A stretch of DNA of 64,000 nucleotides from Hemiscyllium ocellatum (taxonomy: Eukaryota), in NCBI RefSeq assembly GCF_020745735.1, contig NW_026867526.1, forward strand, positions 660,416 through 724,415, read 5' to 3'. Under the pieces are notes generated by a model. That model was not told the origin of the DNA and did not search any database. It saw nothing but the letters and a program-made list of their open reading frames with translations. Positions 61,060-64,000 of this stretch are shown in pieces; position 1 is the stretch's first letter; each line of letters opens with the position of its first letter. A program made the position numbers and the translations under genes.

Positions 61060-63400
61060 ACAGAATCACCTTATGCAGCACAGGAAAAAGGCCCTTTGAT
61101 CCATCCAGTTTACGCCGATCAATAACAGCCACCTAACTATTCCAGTCCCATGTGCCAGCACATGATCCATTGCCTTGTGTGACTTGCCCTTGCAAGGATG
61201 CATCTCAATACTTCATACTTTTTATGAGGGGCTCAGTTTCTACATGACTTATAGGTGCTGAGCTCCAGGCTAACACCACCCCCTGTTTGACTTTGTTTTC
61301 CCCTGAGATCCACTTGGAACCTCCTGGCCTTACCTTCACCCTGTGCCCCTGAGGCATTGATCTCTTCATCAAAGGGAAAGATTTCATCCAGTTTACCCAG
61401 TCTACGCCTAAAATAATTCTAGACATCATGATAATCTTCTCCCTCATTCTCCTCTGCTCCAAGGAAAACCCCTGTCTATCTCATCTAGTTTCATAACTAA
61501 AACCCTCCAACCCAGGCAAGATCCTGGCAAATCTAATCAATACTGCCTTCAGTGTAATCACATTCCTTCGATAACGTGCACACAACGCTTCAGTATGGCC
61601 TAACCAGTGTTCTGTTAAGTTCCAGTATCATCTCCCTATTCTTCATTGTCAATGTCTAGGCTAATAAAAGCAAATATCCTGCCATCTTCTTAGTGTCTTT
61701 ATCCAGACGACAAAGTACTATAGGGGATCGGTGGGTACATGCACCAAAGATCCTCAGGCCTTTCTAGGGTTCCACCATTCAAAATGTCATACCTCACAGA
61801 TTCTTCTGCCGAATTCCATCACCTTAATTTATCCAGAATAATTTCCATTTGCAACTTCTCTTCACATACAACCAACCCTTTTATATCCTCCTGCAATCTA
61901 AAGCCATAATGCTCATGACTTCAACATGACAGTTTTCATTTCATCTGTGAATTCACTGATTAATGCTACTAAATTTGAGTCTCAGTTATTGGTATGCAAG
62001 AGAAATAACATGGAAATCAACACCAATCCCTACAGAACACCAGGAGACATCGATTTCCAGTCATGCAGACACCCGATGACTATTACCTCCTGCTCCCATC
62101 ACTCAGCCAGTTTTAGATCCAATCTGTCAAATTAACTCGGATGCCATTGGCTCTGATTATTGCTATCATATGGACATCGAGTTATCTCTCTGAAGACTAC
62201 TATCAAATTGTTACACATGACTTTCTCTCAATAAAACCGTGCTGAAAATTGTTGATTTATCTTCCAAATGAAGACTAATTTCACTTTTCAATAGTTTCCC
62301 TACCACTGAGACTAGCTTGACAGATCTGTGTTTTCATTATTTATCCCTTCCTTTGTCCTGCGTAACAGTGCAACATTGGCTGATCTACACTCACTTGGCA
62401 CAACTGCTGTGGCCAGACAGTAATTCTAAATTATTGTCAGCGACCCAACTATTTCATCCTTTGCATCGCTCAACCGCTTGGTATACTTTGCATCTGCCCT
62501 GGAAATATAACCACTTTTCATTCAGCAAGACAACACAGAACATCACGTCATGTGTCCTAATTTCTGAAAGTACATCACAACACCCCTCCATGATGTCTGT
62601 CCCCACATTGTCCGTCTTACTAGTGAACACTGACACAACACATTCGTTTTGACCACAACCTAATCCTCCGGCTCCACTCCAATAATAACACTTAATGGGC
62701 ATTACTGTTTCCCGAATCATTCTTTTATTATGAATGAGCCTGTAACTTTTAAAAATATTTTCCTTTATTTTGACTGCTATTATTTTCTCATGGTCCCTTT
62801 TGCTCTTCTAATTCCTTTGTCTTTCAAACTCTCCCTTGCACGTTCTGTACTCCATACTAATTTCTATTGTTCTGAGATTTCAGTATAGACCGGAAGCTTC
62901 CCTTGTTTCTCTTTATCTCACCCTCCATGCCCTTTGGTGTCCAGAGCCCGCTACATTCTTGGTCCTATTCAGTGGCTTCCTGGGAAATGTCCTCCCTGTG
63001 ATTTTCCTCTTTCTTAAATGTGTCACACTGCTCTGACTCAGATTTACTAATAAGTGTCAGCTTCCAGTCCACTCTGGTTAAGTCATTACCTGATCTTACT
63101 AAAATTGTCCTTCCCCTTTTCAGAACTTTGGGCCAATGTCTATTCCTTTGCAGTACAATCTGAAATCCAACTGATTTACAATCACTGTCTGCAAAGTGCA
63201 CCACCATTGATGTTTTACCCACTGGGTCGACTTCATTTCCAAAAGTTAAGTCCAGGTTCACCCCTTTCTTGCAAGGTCTGGATTAAAATTCTCTGTATTA
63301 ACACATACTTTGTTAAAATATTCTCCTGGGGGCATTTTCAGAATTGTGCTCCCTCTAAACTTTTGACACAATGAATATCCAAGCCTATGCTGAGGAAGTT
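61060..63400 (-). mobile_element. Old antisense CR1 remnants in the intron after Cmu1
   Basis: Decayed RT and 3' tail (61060-62230); LDLTFGNE...HFADSD (endonuclease C-terminus) in ORF 62965..63261. Confidence 0.68.
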
Positions 63401-64000
63401 AAAAACCTCTTTTCTCATTCCCCTATTTAATTAACATTTCTCTGAAATTTGCCCATGTCTTTGCCCTTGGTCTTTTGGACCTATAGTAAGGTCTATCGTG
63501 CTCTCCCAGTAGTTATGTTTGCTGTATTTTGGTTTTGAAGTACTGTCCATTTGCCTTTGTTCGAGGAGGTATCCATGATTTCATTTCTCTTTACAGCCTA
63601 AAATACTCTTGCCAGAATTGCGACAGAAGCAACATTCTGTGCCGCAAACCCCCGCCCCTATCCTTTTCCATCTTTCCCTGTCTCGCCTGAAGGCACTAAA
63701 TCCTGGAATATTGAATAGCCACTCCTGCCCGGCTCTCAATATGTCTCCGTGATAGCAACCGCATCATTTCCTCATTTATGGCGGTATTTCATCTGCCTTG
63801 TTCATCAGACTCTGTCATTAAAACGAATACCAACCAACATTCTGATGTTACCGGCCAATCGTTTCTATGCCTCCTTGACTCCCTTGCTGTGTCCTATAAT
63901 TTTAGCCTTTCACATTGTCCTGCGGATCTTTCTGTGTGGATCCCAGCTTCTCCAGCACTCTGCACAATTATGATTCTTGTATCCATTAACCACAAGAAAC

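Overview
Eukaryotic, repeat-rich DNA from a shark (elasmobranch), identified by cartilaginous-fish-type VH/Cmu sequences and HE1-like V-SINEs. The window holds two immunoglobulin heavy-chain (IgM-type) clusters arranged head-to-head as the arms of a large inverted duplication (1-7804 mirrored by 45958-54811; the left arm runs off the window). The two arms are in different pre-rearranged states. The minus-strand copy has V fused to J with only 2 nt between them, out of frame. The plus-strand copy has an unrearranged V with an intact 23-RSS, followed by an already joined D-(D)-J block whose 12-RSS has a degenerate nonamer, and then a Cmu1 exon 10.4 kb downstream. The 38 kb spacer carries decayed GPR139-like GPCR and C2H2 zinc-finger genes, many CR1/L2 LINE fragments, V-SINEs, a Penelope RT/GIY-YIG remnant, and fold-back Penelope-derived elements with target-site duplications and hammerhead-like cores. 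Most ORFs in the supplied track are spurious. Repeat boundaries and identities were estimated by eye.
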